64,000 nt of DNA from Pseudomonadota bacterium (GTDB taxonomy: Bacteria; Pseudomonadota; Alphaproteobacteria; Caulobacterales; Parvularculaceae), in assembly GCA_036337175.1 (NCBI GenBank), contig JAYZEQ010000008.1, forward strand, positions 121,088-185,087. The letters are read 5' to 3'. Position numbers and translations under genes: made by a program. This document shows positions 1-9,710 of this stretch, one piece after another (the stretch's first letter is position 1; the number at the start of each line of letters is the position of its first letter). The notes under the pieces are model-generated. The model was not told where the DNA came from, did no database searches, and saw nothing but the letters and a program-made list of their open reading frames with translations.

Positions 1-519
1 GATCTTGAAAGAGTCGTCGCGGTGCGTGACGGCGCGCCCGATGCGCGCATTATCGTCGACGCCAATGAAAGCTGGACCATCGATGATTACCGCACGTTGA
101 CGCCGCATCTCGATGAAATTGGCGTCAGCCTGATCGAGCAGCCCTTCCCTGCGAACGATGACGACGCCCTGCGCTCGCTTCCGCGCCCGATCCCGATCTG
201 CGCCGACGAATCCTGCCATACGCGCGCCGAGCTTCCCCGCCTCGTCGGTCTTTACGACATGATAAACATCAAGCTCGACAAGACCGGCGGACTTACCGAG
301 GCCATCGCCCTGATGGAGGCCGGTCGGGCGCACGGCATGTCGATCATGATCGGCTGCATGCTCGGAAGTTCTCTCGCCGTGGCGCCGGCGCGGCTCATCG
401 CTCCCTACGCTGATATTGTCGATCTCGACGGCCCTCTTCTCCTCGCACTCGACCGCGAACCGGCGATCCGTTTCAAGGGAAACAGAATGGAAAACCCCGC
501 CCCCGCGCTCTGGGGATAG
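1..519 (+). CDS. Enolase-superfamily dipeptide epimerase / N-acetyl-D-Glu racemase (DgcA/AEE-like), 5' end outside window
   Basis: Frame open from base 1; motifs IVDANE, LIEQP, ICADES, NIKLDKTGG, DLDGP of the muconate-cycloisomerase/L-Ala-D/L-Glu epimerase subgroup. Confidence 0.85.
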   Translation, partial: DLERVVAVRDGAPDARIIVDANESWTIDDYRTLTPHLDEIGVSLIEQPFPANDDDALRSLPRPIPICADESCHTRAELPRLVGLYDMINIKLDKTGGLTEAIALMEAGRAHGMSIMIGCMLGSSLAVAPARLIAPYADIVDLDGPLLLALDREPAIRFKGNRMENPAPALWG

Positions 520-558
520 CTGGAACCTATTCGCCGCTATTCCTCTTCATTGTCGCGG

Positions 559-2805
559 TCAGAATCCGCCGAACTTCTTGTTTGACGGAAAGCCTTTCGG
601 AGCGATTTTGCCGGCTTGCGCACGCTTGCCGACATAGCCCTTCCAGTCGTCGACTGTCTGGGTGCGCCCCGAACGGTCGATCCAAGTAAGCCCGTCGCGC
701 TTCGAAAACGTCTTGGCGTCGGAAAGGCCGCCGGAGGCGAATTTCTGAAGCACGACGCCCTTGCCGCGCGCCATTTCGGGAAGCTCCGCAGCCGGGAACA
801 CCAGAAACTTCTTGTTGTCGCCCACGCAGGCCAGCATGTCGCCCTCGACCGGCCGGCAAACGACCGCTTCGGCGCCTTCCGGCACGTTGAGCACCTGCTT
901 GCCTTTCTTGGTGGTCGCCACGCAGTCATCTTCCGCGACGAAAAATCCGTGTCCGGAGGTGGAGGCGACGAGAAATTTGCGTCCTCCTTGCAGGATGAAC
1001 GCCGCTGTCACCGCCTGATCGTTCGGCAAATCGATGGTGAGGCGGATCGGCTCGCCATGCCCGCGGCCGCCGGGAAGCGACCCCACATCCATCGTGTAGA
1101 ACTTGCCGTCGGTCGCGAAAAGCATCAGCTTGTCGGTGGACATCGCCGGAATGACGAAGCCCTGATCGTCGCCTTCCTTGTATTTTATGTCGGCGGCGTT
1201 CTCGACATGGCCCTTCATCGTCCGTATCCAGCCCTTTTCCGACAGGATGACGGTGACGGGCTCCTTCTCGACGAGGCTTTCGAGATCGATCTCCTCTTCG
1301 GCGGGCGCATCGGCGAATTGCGTGCGGCGGCGGCCGAGGGGCGACTTCGGATCGAAGGCTTTCTTCACTTCCTTCAGTTCGTCGGCGATGCGCGTCCATT
1401 GCGCATCGTCGGAGGAAAGCAACGCCTTCAACTCTTTTTGTTCCTTTTTCAGGGCCGCATGCTCGGCCTTGATCTCCATTTCCTCAAGCTTGCGCAGCGA
1501 TCTGAGCCGCATGTTGAGGATCGCCTCGGCCTGAACGTCCGAAAGCTTGAACGCCTTCATCAGTTCGGCCTTCGGATCGTCCTCGTAGCGGATGATGCGG
1601 ATCACCTCGTCGAGATTGAGGTAGGCGACGAGAAAGCCGTCGAGAATTTCGAGCCGCCGGGCGATCGCCGCCAGCCGGAAATTGGTGCGGCGGACCAGCA
1701 CGTCCTTGCGATGATCGAGATAGGCCCGGAGCGCCTCGCGCAAGCCCATGACGCGCGGCGCGCCGTCGGCGCCGAGCACGTTCATGTTGAGCGGGAAACG
1801 GGATTCAAGTTCGGTCGAACGGAACAGCGTCTCCATGAACAGCGCCGGATCGACCGTGCCGGCGCGGGGCTCGAGCACGAGACGGATATCCTCGGCGCTC
1901 TCGTCGCGCACGTCGCCGAGCAGCGGCAGTTTTTTCGCCTGCATCAGTTCGGCGATCTTTTCGATCAGTTTCGATTTCTGGACCTGATAGGGAATTTCGG
2001 TGACCACCACCTGATAGCGGCCGCGCCCGAGATCCTCCGTCGTCCATCGGGCGCGCACGCGGAAGCCGCCGCGGCCCGTGGCGTAGGCTTCCTCCATCGC
2101 TTCCGGGGATTCGATGCACACGCCGCCGGTCGGGAAATCGGGGCCCTTCACATACTTCAGCAGGGTCGATGTGCGCGCGTCAGGCGTCTTGATGAGATGC
2201 AACGAGGCGTCGATCAATTCCGCGACATTGTGCGGCGGAATGGAGGTCGCCATGCCCACGGCGATTCCCGACGCGCCGTTCGCCAGCAGGTTTGGAAACG
2301 CCGCCGGAAGAACCACCGGCTCAGAGCCCAGCGCGTCGTAGGTGTCGCGGAAATCAACCGTGTCCTCGTCGATGCCGTCGAGCAGCAGCGAAGCCGCGTC
2401 GGTGAGGCGGCTCTCGGTGTAGCGCATCGCCGCCGGATTATCGCCGTCGATGTTGCCGAAGTTGCCCTGACCGTCGATCAACGGAACGCGCACGGAGAAA
2501 TCCTGCACGAGGCGCACCATGGCGTCGTAGATCGCCTGGTCGCCGTGCGGGTGATATTTGCCCATCACTTCGCCGACGACGCCGGCCGATTTGCGGAAGG
2601 CGCCGCCGGGATTGAGCCGCATCTGCCGCATCGCATAGAGAATGCGTCGATGCACCGGCTTCAGCCCGTCGCGCACGTCTGGCAGAGCGCGCGCGGTGAT
2701 GGTCGACAGTGCATAGGCGAGATAGCGACGCGACAGCGCCTCCTCGAGCGGTTCGAGGAAAATCTCTTCGGGTTTTTGCGGCGGGGGCGTTTTCGTCTTG
2801 GCCAT
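559..2805 (-). CDS. parC: DNA topoisomerase IV subunit A
   Basis: [51 protein letters not shown], degenerate beta-pinwheel CTD; start placed at ATG 2805 (MAKTK). Confidence 0.95.
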   Translation of the reverse strand: MAKTKTPPPQKPEEIFLEPLEEALSRRYLAYALSTITARALPDVRDGLKPVHRRILYAMRQMRLNPGGAFRKSAGVVGEVMGKYHPHGDQAIYDAMVRLVQDFSVRVPLIDGQGNFGNIDGDNPAAMRYTESRLTDAASLLLDGIDEDTVDFRDTYDALGSEPVVLPAAFPNLLANGASGIAVGMATSIPPHNVAELIDASLHLIKTPDARTSTLLKYVKGPDFPTGGVCIESPEAMEEAYATGRGGFRVRARWTTEDLGRGRYQVVVTEIPYQVQKSKLIEKIAELMQAKKLPLLGDVRDESAEDIRLVLEPRAGTVDPALFMETLFRSTELESRFPLNMNVLGADGAPRVMGLREALRAYLDHRKDVLVRRTNFRLAAIARRLEILDGFLVAYLNLDEVIRIIRYEDDPKAELMKAFKLSDVQAEAILNMRLRSLRKLEEMEIKAEHAALKKEQKELKALLSSDDAQWTRIADELKEVKKAFDPKSPLGRRRTQFADAPAEEEIDLESLVEKEPVTVILSEKGWIRTMKGHVENAADIKYKEGDDQGFVIPAMSTDKLMLFATDGKFYTMDVGSLPGGRGHGEPIRLTIDLPNDQAVTAAFILQGGRKFLVASTSGHGFFVAEDDCVATTKKGKQVLNVPEGAEAVVCRPVEGDMLACVGDNKKFLVFPAAELPEMARGKGVVLQKFASGGLSDAKTFSKRDGLTWIDRSGRTQTVDDWKGYVGKRAQAGKIAPKGFPSNKKFGGF

Positions 2806-2862
2806 AGGCGGCCCGTATAGCCGCAGTCGCGCCGGGCTCGCCAGCGTCGAAATGTCCAAACT

Positions 2863-3438
2863 TCAGCTTTGGGCGGCCTCAAACCCCTCTTTATCGATCC
2901 TGTAGAGGGCGAATCGCTTGAGCGGCCCTGGCGAAATATTGGGATGGTCGAAGCCGCCGTCATGGCGCATCCCGAGCCGCCGCATGACGGCGACCGAACG
3001 CAGATTTACTTCCGGCGTGAAGGCGACGACTTCCGAGGCGCCGGCCCGCTCAAATGCGAAATGAAGCGCCGCGCGCGCCGCCTCTGTGGCGTAACCCTTG
3101 CCCCAGAAACGACGGGCGAGTCGCCAGCCCAGTTCGACCGCGCCGGAAAAGTCGCTCCGGAACGTCGTCCGCGACAAGCCGACGAAGCCGATGAACGGCG
3201 CATCCACTGTCTCCACCGCCCAGAAACCGAATCCGTAGGCGCGGAACCGGTCCTGGATCGACTGGGCGACGCGGTCGCTACCGGCGCGGTCGTGACGGAA
3301 CGGAAAATACCGCATCACCTCCGGTGAGGCGCCCATCGCCGCGAACGGCGCAAGGTCCGCCTCGCGCCAGCCCCGCATCAGCAGGCGGCGCGTCGCCAGC
3401 ATCGGCGCAGGCGCGAACCTGACGCGAACCTCAGCCAT
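2863..3438 (-). CDS. RimJ/RimL-family GNAT N-acetyltransferase
   Basis: TRRLLMRGW..ADL, ELGWRLARRFWGKGYATEAA, N.RSVAVMRRLGM. Confidence 0.88.
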   Translation of the reverse strand: MAEVRVRFAPAPMLATRRLLMRGWREADLAPFAAMGASPEVMRYFPFRHDRAGSDRVAQSIQDRFRAYGFGFWAVETVDAPFIGFVGLSRTTFRSDFSGAVELGWRLARRFWGKGYATEAARAALHFAFERAGASEVVAFTPEVNLRSVAVMRRLGMRHDGGFDHPNISPGPLKRFALYRIDKEGFEAAQS

Positions 3439-4165
3439 CGCCCGTCCGCCTGCGGAGCAGTTCGAGAAGATTCGCCCGCGCTTCGGGCAACGGCCGGTTG
3501 GCGAGATGCAGGATGCGCGTTTCGATGAAATAGCCGGTGGTGGTCAGCGCTGCGACGGCCTCGTCGAGACTCGCCTCGCGCGCGGCGCCGCGCAGGAAGG
3601 CCGGCAGCGGCAGCAGCTTCTCCTTATAGGGCTCGCCAGCCGCCGCCGAGACGGCCGAGGCCGAGCGCGGCGATACATAAACGAGATTTTCGCGCGCGCC
3701 CGTCGCGGCGCAGCGGTCGAGAGTCAGCCCGAAGCCGAGTTCGGCGAGAAGCCCGAGCTCCCAGCGCGCCATCAGCGCCGGCCACACTTCGGGATCGTCG
3801 AGAACCCCGAGCAGGACCGTCATCGCGTGATAGAGGGGCGCATGCGGCTCGCGCTCCGGCAGCGCCGCTGACGCCATGGCGCACACGGCCGAGAGCGCAG
3901 CGAGCGACAGCCGGTCGTGCATCAGCTCGGCGGCGCGGGCGTGGACAAGCTCCAGCGCGAAATGACCAAGACTCTCGTCGAGCCGGCCTTTCCACTCCGC
4001 CCGCACTTCGTTGCCGGACTGAAGAAGGGGCTGGGCGCGTCGCCCCTGTCCGCCGTAGACGAGCCCGGACCACCGCCCGCGCGTCGGCGTGAAAATCTCC
4101 GCCACTGCGTGCGTTTCGCCATAGGCGCGCGCCCCGAGAATGACGCCTTCGTCGATGAACTCCAT
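3431..4165 (-). CDS. recO: DNA repair protein RecO
   Basis: MEFIDEGVILGAR.YGE, LQSGN.V...W.GRLDESLG, LGFGLTLDRCAATG..ENL.YVSPRS. Confidence 0.95.
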   Translation of the reverse strand: MEFIDEGVILGARAYGETHAVAEIFTPTRGRWSGLVYGGQGRRAQPLLQSGNEVRAEWKGRLDESLGHFALELVHARAAELMHDRLSLAALSAVCAMASAALPEREPHAPLYHAMTVLLGVLDDPEVWPALMARWELGLLAELGFGLTLDRCAATGARENLVYVSPRSASAVSAAAGEPYKEKLLPLPAFLRGAAREASLDEAVAALTTTGYFIETRILHLANRPLPEARANLLELLRRRTGDG

Positions 4166-4323
4166 GACCGCCTAGCTTAAAAAGTTTCGTCGAGACAGCG
4201 GTTTGCCTATACTGACATCGGCCCAAGCCTTCTGTTTCGCAAGACCTGAAGATCTTGGTCGAAGGAGGGCCGCATGGAAACGCCTCCACCCCGTGCGGGC
4301 GCTCGGGCCCGCCTGGAGCCTCA

Positions 4324-4890
4324 ATGGGCAACAACATAAAAGAGCTGCGGCTCGCCTTCCTGCTGACGCCGAAGGAACTGGCGGCGCGCATGGGGACCTA
4401 TCCCCAGCAGGTACGGCGCCTCGAGGACGCCGGCCGCAAGCTCAGCGACGAATGGATCGAGGCGGTCGCGGAGGCGTTCGGGGTGCCCAAGGCCGCCGTC
4501 ACCGATCCGTCCGCGGACATTCCGGCGATCGTCGCGGCGGCTCACCCCGCTGCGCCGCATTTCCGCACTTGCCCCATCGCCGCGCGCTTCGCCATCCAGG
4601 CGATGGCGGCGCGTCTCGGGGGCATGAAACTGGCGCTGGAATTGTCGGAAGACGACCTCGCGACGGCGGTCAGGAACCTCGTCGCCTATGTCGATGCGGC
4701 GCCCAAGGAGGAGCCGGAGGAAACGCGCGCTATTCGTCTCTCTCAAGCTCTTCAAATAGTTGTCTTAGCAATCCTTCAATCCCACGGGGTCTGGCTCGAT
4801 CCTCATCAGCTTCAGGCGATATCGTTTGCCGATCGGGGAGCGTCGTCGCTGATCCGCTGGTTCTCTGAGATTGATGAGACGGACTTTTGA
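4324..4890 (+). CDS. XRE/Cro-C1-type HTH transcriptional regulator with an unrecognised C-terminal helical domain (188 aa)
   Basis: NNIKELRLAFLLTPKELAARMGTYPQQVRRLE..GRKLSDEWIEAVAEAFGV fits HTH_3; start placed at ATG 4324. Confidence 0.8.
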   Translation: MGNNIKELRLAFLLTPKELAARMGTYPQQVRRLEDAGRKLSDEWIEAVAEAFGVPKAAVTDPSADIPAIVAAAHPAAPHFRTCPIAARFAIQAMAARLGGMKLALELSEDDLATAVRNLVAYVDAAPKEEPEETRAIRLSQALQIVVLAILQSHGVWLDPHQLQAISFADRGASSLIRWFSEIDETDF

Positions 4891-5166
4891 CCGGCAGCGG
4901 CACGATCTTGCCCCCGGCGCCGGCGCGGGATTCCCCTGAGAAGAGAGCCAGCGTCCGCCGATAGAGGCTTTCAGCGCGTTTACGCTCCTCGTCTTCCACG
5001 GCTGTTCCTTCCCCCAGTCCCACGCCCTTAGAGCGTTAACGGCAAGCATAACCGGCGTCTCTCTTGGGGCGCAAGAGACCGGATTATCAATCTGTTAAGA
5101 GAGGTAAGCGGATTCTATGCGACGCGCCGTCAAGAGGGGCGGCCGGCAGCATGGGAGACAACCGCT

Positions 5167-5472
5167 GTGAAAAAGTCGCTGAAAAAAGAGCAGGTCGGGC
5201 TGCTCCAGCTTGAAAAGAAAGTCATTGGAGTCGGGGCGGGGCTCGCAACCCTGACGAGCGCGGCGCACGCCGAATCCGTTCTCGGAGAGGCCTATCTCAA
5301 CCATTCGGCCAAGGTGACCGACGCCTACCTCAACCTTGTCCAGGCTTTGCAGGCCGCGCATGATGCCTTGGGCGAGCAGGCCGCGACCGTCGGCGCCGAG
5401 CTGATGCAGGACCGGGGCGTGCCGAAAACGACCCTCCTGGAGGCGGCCAAATCGGTACTTGGGATTGGATAA
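5167..5472 (+). CDS. Hypothetical 101-aa helical protein (possible peptide precursor)
   Basis: GTG start with GGGAG about 9 nt upstream; protein-like composition; no recognised family. Confidence 0.7.
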   Translation: MKKSLKKEQVGLLQLEKKVIGVGAGLATLTSAAHAESVLGEAYLNHSAKVTDAYLNLVQALQAAHDALGEQAATVGAELMQDRGVPKTTLLEAAKSVLGIG

Positions 5473-6008
5473 TCCTCGGCTTCTATGCGGCCTCTGTCGC
5501 TGTTGCGGTCGCGGCGGGCTACTGGTCGCGCTCTAGATACATATCAGGAGCGGCGAGCGTTGTCGGTTTTCTCTGGATCGGCTCGGTGCTCCTGTATTTT
5601 CTCGGCCGGGGAGCGACGCCAGCATGGCAGTTTGCAACCATCGATCTGCTGGCTCTGATTTATTTTTACCGGCGTTGGTCGGCGCCCAGCCCGCAACATC
5701 GGCAGTTTCACTTCCTGCTGATGTGCAGCTATCTCATAACCACCGCCTTCTACGCCTACCAGATCGCGTTGAAGCGTTTCGCGCCGGAAGCGCTGATGAT
5801 GTCAGGCTGGTGGTTCGAGCTGTTCAGCAACATTCTTTACGAAGCCGAGCTGATCGGCATCACCGTCTACGCTCTTCTCTTCCGGCGGGCGAAAGCCGAC
5901 AGGCGCAAGTTCCGCGCGGACGTCAATCGCTGGTTCGACGGCATGAGCGCCATGAAGCAATCGCTGCTGCGCGAAGACCGCAAGGTTCCGCGTCCTGATG
6001 AGAAATGA
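5451..6008 (+). CDS. Hypothetical polytopic membrane protein (~5 TM); probable ATC start at 5451, first canonical start is GTG 5586
   Basis: Frame open 5364-6008; hydrophobic helices start at WDWIILGFY (5460), upstream of GTG 5586; GGAGG (5439-5443) lies 7 nt before the in-frame ATC. Confidence 0.7.
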   Translation: MGTWDWIILGFYAASVAVAVAAGYWSRSRYISGAASVVGFLWIGSVLLYFLGRGATPAWQFATIDLLALIYFYRRWSAPSPQHRQFHFLLMCSYLITTAFYAYQIALKRFAPEALMMSGWWFELFSNILYEAELIGITVYALLFRRAKADRRKFRADVNRWFDGMSAMKQSLLREDRKVPRPDEK

Positions 6009-6026
6009 GCGGAAAGAAATCCGCCG

Positions 6027-6968
6027 CTATTGCACATTGTCGAGCCCGAGAGCGCGCAGCCGCGCCGCCTCGTCCGCCCAGCCCTCTCGCACCTTGACGT
6101 GCAGGAAGAGGTGCGCCGGTTCGCCGAGCAGCGCCGTCAGCTCCTCGCGCGCCGCAGCGCCGATGGCTTTTAGCGTCTGGCCGCCCTTGCCGAGCACGAT
6201 CCCCTTCTGGCCCTCGCGCGCCACATAGATCGTCTGCTCCACGCGCAGTTCGCCTTTTTTCGTCCGGGTCCAGCTTTCAGTCTCCACCGTCGCCTCGTAC
6301 GGCAGCTCCTGATGCAGGCGCAGATAGAGTTTCTCGCGCGTGACTTCCGCCGCCATCAGGCGCTCGGAGATATCCGAAAGCTGGTCTTCAGGATACATCC
6401 AGGCGCCTTCCGGCGCGCGTTGTGCGAGGAAGGTTTTCAGATCCTGCACGCCGTCGCCGCGCGTCGCCGAAACGAGAAACGTATCGCTGAAAACGCCGTG
6501 GCTGTTCAGATCGGCGATCAGCGCCAGCAGTTTTTGACGGGCGAGCGCGTCTGTCTTGTTGATGACGAGGATCGCTCGGGCGTTCTTTTCCTTCAGCGCC
6601 GCGACAATCGCATCGGTGTCGGCGGCCGCTCGGCGCGCCGCAGCGTCGGCGCGTTCGGCGCCGTTGCCGGCGAGATAGCTCGGCGCGTCGACGACGAGCA
6701 GCACCGTATCCGCGCCTTCGAGCCCTTCCCAGGCGGCCGCCACCATGGCGCGGTCGAGCTTGCGCTTCGGAGTGAAAATACCGGGCGTATCGATGAATAC
6801 GAGCTGCGCGCCGCCTTCGATGGCGACGCCGCGCACGCGGGCGCGGGTGGTCTGCACCTTGTGGGTGACGATCGAGACTTTCGCGCCGACCATCGCGTTA
6901 ACGAGGCTCGACTTGCCGGCGTTCGGCGCGCCGATGACAGCGATGAAGGCGCAGCGTTGCTCACTCAT
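6027..6968 (-). CDS. era: GTPase Era
   Basis: GAPNAGKSSL, VTHKVQTTR, DTPG, NKTD, KH domain EELPY/GQKGIVLGKGG. Confidence 0.97.
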   Translation of the reverse strand: MSEQRCAFIAVIGAPNAGKSSLVNAMVGAKVSIVTHKVQTTRARVRGVAIEGGAQLVFIDTPGIFTPKRKLDRAMVAAAWEGLEGADTVLLVVDAPSYLAGNGAERADAAARRAAADTDAIVAALKEKNARAILVINKTDALARQKLLALIADLNSHGVFSDTFLVSATRGDGVQDLKTFLAQRAPEGAWMYPEDQLSDISERLMAAEVTREKLYLRLHQELPYEATVETESWTRTKKGELRVEQTIYVAREGQKGIVLGKGGQTLKAIGAAAREELTALLGEPAHLFLHVKVREGWADEAARLRALGLDNVQ

Positions 6969-7656
6969 CTTCGCTCCATACGCCTTCGCGCACAAGAAAA
7001 GCGGCCGCCGCCATCATCTGCGCCTCGCGCTTCGAGCGACCTTCGCCGCGCGTCGGTTTATACCCGTCGATGCTGACTTCCACCTCGAATGCAGGCGCAT
7101 GCGCGGGACCGCCCGAGCCGACGACCGTGTAATGCGGCGCGCCCTTCTTGCGCTCCTGACTCCATTCCTGCAACGCCGTCTTGGCGTCGCGGTGGGCTTT
7201 CGAAAGAGCCTCGAGATTGGGCGTCCAGAAAAGATCGTAGGCGCGCCGCGCCGCCTCAAGCCCCCCGTCGATATAGAGCGCGCCGAGCAGCGCCTCGCAG
7301 GCGTCGCCGAGGATTGCTTTCTTCTTCCGGCCGCCAGCTTCTTCCTCATGCGGAGACATGCGGATAAGCTTGTCGAGACCGAAGGCGACCGCCGCCTTGG
7401 CGCATGTTTCCTTGCGCACTAGCGCGTTCAGCATCGGCGCGAGATCGCCTTCCTCATGGCCGGGATAATTGCGCCACAGCGCCTCGGCGGTCAGAAGACC
7501 GAGCACGCGGTCGCCGAGAAACTCCAGGCGTTCGAGATCGCGAACCTTGCCGCCGGCCGAGAGGCTAGAATGCGTCAGCGCCCGGTCGAGCAAGGTCGTA
7601 TCGGAAAAACGGTGGCCGATGCGCGCCTGAAGCGCCTCAACGTCGGCGCGGCTCAT
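6961..7656 (-). CDS. rnc: Ribonuclease III
   Basis: ERLEFLGDRVLG signature; DACEALLGALYIDGG; dsRBD DAKTALQEW. Confidence 0.97.
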   Translation of the reverse strand: MSRADVEALQARIGHRFSDTTLLDRALTHSSLSAGGKVRDLERLEFLGDRVLGLLTAEALWRNYPGHEEGDLAPMLNALVRKETCAKAAVAFGLDKLIRMSPHEEEAGGRKKKAILGDACEALLGALYIDGGLEAARRAYDLFWTPNLEALSKAHRDAKTALQEWSQERKKGAPHYTVVGSGGPAHAPAFEVEVSIDGYKPTRGEGRSKREAQMMAAAAFLVREGVWSEDE

Positions 7657-8459
7657 TCAACCCGATGCAGAATGCGGCCGTAACGGATGGCGAACGGCCA
7701 TTTCCACACTTCCCATATATGGGCCTTTTCTCCGTTGACGGAGAAAAACAGCCGCTCGGCTTTACCGACGATATCTTCGGCCGGAATGTAGCCGACCGCG
7801 GTGAGCACCCGGCTGTCCTGGCTCTCGTCTCGATTATCGCCCATCATGAAGAAGTGGCCCGGCGGCACATAGTAGGTCTCGGTGTTGTCGAGACCGCCAT
7901 TGTCGCCCGAAGCCTCCTCGACGATGTAGCTGACTCCGTTGTCGAGCGTTTCGCGATAGATCGGGATTTCGATCTCGCTGCCGAAGCGCGTCGAGGACCG
8001 CACGCCGACATATTCCTTCTTCACCGGCTGACCGTTGATAAGGAGATGGCCGCGTTCAACGCGAATCTGGTCGCCCGGCAACCCGATCACGCGCTTGATG
8101 TAATCCTTATTATGGTCCTTGCGGTTCTTGAAAACGACGACGTCGCCGCGCTTCGGCTCATGGGCGAAGATGCGGCCCTCTATGGGCAGGCGCGTCAGCG
8201 GCCAGATCAGCGAGGCGCGTGAATAGCCGTAGGTCGGCTTCGAGACGAACAGGAAATCCCCGACCAGCAGGTTGGGCTTCATGGAGCCCGATGGAATATT
8301 GAACGGCTGAAAGATGATGATGCGCAGGACGATGGCGATCGCCACCGCATAAAAGACGGTTTTGGCCAGATCCCACGCCTCCTCGGCGGGGGTCAGCTTC
8401 TTCTTTTCCTTCAACACGTCCCCCTCGGCGCCAGCGCCGTTCCTGAACCAAAACACCAT
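7653..8459 (-). CDS. lepB: Signal peptidase I
   Basis: FNIPSGSM.P.LLVGD, YIKRVIGLPGD, MMGDNRDESQDSR. Confidence 0.96.
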   Translation of the reverse strand: MVFWFRNGAGAEGDVLKEKKKLTPAEEAWDLAKTVFYAVAIAIVLRIIIFQPFNIPSGSMKPNLLVGDFLFVSKPTYGYSRASLIWPLTRLPIEGRIFAHEPKRGDVVVFKNRKDHNKDYIKRVIGLPGDQIRVERGHLLINGQPVKKEYVGVRSSTRFGSEIEIPIYRETLDNGVSYIVEEASGDNGGLDNTETYYVPPGHFFMMGDNRDESQDSRVLTAVGYIPAEDIVGKAERLFFSVNGEKAHIWEVWKWPFAIRYGRILHRVE

Positions 8460-8534
8460 CTACCGCTTCCTTCGACCGTCTGCCCGGGCCTTTATTATCG
8501 CCCCCGCCCAAAGCCGGCCTTCCGGCCGACCCGT

Positions 8535-8933
8535 TCATATAGGCCTAGCGTAAATAATGACAATCGCCTGGGCGAGCGGGAATTCGTCTGTGATGGTCAG
8601 ATGAATGTCGGCTGCATGCCCTTTCGGGACGATATCGGCAAGCCTTTCGGCCGCTCCGCCGGTCAGCGCCATGGTCGGTTTGCCGCCCGGCAGGTTGACG
8701 ACTCCCATGTCGCGCCAGAAGACGCCCCGCGACAGGCCCGTTCCGAGAGCCTTGGCGCAGGCCTCCTTGGCGGCGAATCGCTTGGCGTAGGAGGCGGCGC
8801 GCATCCGGCGGCGATCGGACTTCGCCCGCTCGATATCAGTGAAGACGCGATTGGTGAAGCGCTCGCCGTGACGCTCGAGGGTCTTCTCGATGCGGCGGAT
8901 GTCGATGAGGTCGTTGCCGATGCCGATAATCAT
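8535..8933 (-). CDS. acpS: Holo-ACP synthase
   Basis: [31 protein letters not shown]; ATG at 8933. Confidence 0.96.
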   Translation of the reverse strand: MIIGIGNDLIDIRRIEKTLERHGERFTNRVFTDIERAKSDRRRMRAASYAKRFAAKEACAKALGTGLSRGVFWRDMGVVNLPGGKPTMALTGGAAERLADIVPKGHAADIHLTITDEFPLAQAIVIIYARPI

Positions 8934-8941
8934 CGCGCGAC

Positions 8942-9700
8942 TTAAACCGTCACCGTTATCGGCCCGCGCTTCGGCGGCCCTTCGACAAGATAAGACTTCT
9001 CCGTCAGCGGAACGCCGAGTTCGCGCGCCTTGGCGCGTTGCTCCGGCACCGGCGTCTTGATCATGCCGTCGGCCCATGCGGTCGAGCGGGCGAGCGCCCT
9101 GTGCATCTCGGCGCGCTCTATCCAGGCGGCGGTCTTGGGCCATCGCTTTTCGTCGGGCGTCCATCGCGCGTACCGCATGTTGCGGAACATCACGGCGACG
9201 GAGATGTCGGCGAGGCCGATGTCGCCGAACAAGAAGCCGTCCGCCGGCGCTTCGCCTTCGAGCCAGTCCATGATCTCGACGACGGGTCCGGCGAGCGTCG
9301 CGCGGAAACCATCGAGATCGCGCTCCTCTCCCCACAGACCCGGCTTGATGATGACGGCGTTGAAGCAGCGCCACAGGAATATGTCGGCCATGCGCGTATC
9401 GGCGTATTCCTCAAGCCATCGCGCTTTCGCCCGGTCAGCGGGCGAAGCCGGCAGGATCGGCGTCTGCGGATGCTTTTCTTCGAGATAGGCGGCGATCACC
9501 GAACTGTCGACAATGGTCGTTCCGCCGTCGATCAGCACAGGTATGCGTCGCAACGGGTTAAGGCGCGAAAATTCCTCGCCCGTGAAGAAAGCGACGACGG
9601 GATCGATCTCGAAATCCAGCCCCTTCAGTTCAAGGATTGCGAGAATCTTGCGCACATAGGGCGAGATCGGCGTGCCGAGAACGGTGAAACGCTGACTCAT
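8942..9700 (-). CDS. Glutathione S-transferase family protein
   Basis: [36 protein letters not shown]. Confidence 0.9.
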   Translation of the reverse strand: MSQRFTVLGTPISPYVRKILAILELKGLDFEIDPVVAFFTGEEFSRLNPLRRIPVLIDGGTTIVDSSVIAAYLEEKHPQTPILPASPADRAKARWLEEYADTRMADIFLWRCFNAVIIKPGLWGEERDLDGFRATLAGPVVEIMDWLEGEAPADGFLFGDIGLADISVAVMFRNMRYARWTPDEKRWPKTAAWIERAEMHRALARSTAWADGMIKTPVPEQRAKARELGVPLTEKSYLVEGPPKRGPITVTV

Positions 9701-9710
9701 ATCCAGACCC

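Noticed and set aside
616-2820. Long antisense and alternate-frame ORFs (e.g. 616-2820, 18467-20071, 36771-38198, 46836-48164, 50614-53010)
   Set aside because: Shadow ORFs of GC-rich genes; Arg/Ala/Gly-rich, no motifs, fully overlap recognisable genes
6620-6690. Ala-rich insertion in the Era G domain
   Set aside because: Short insertion in a variable surface segment; all G motifs intact
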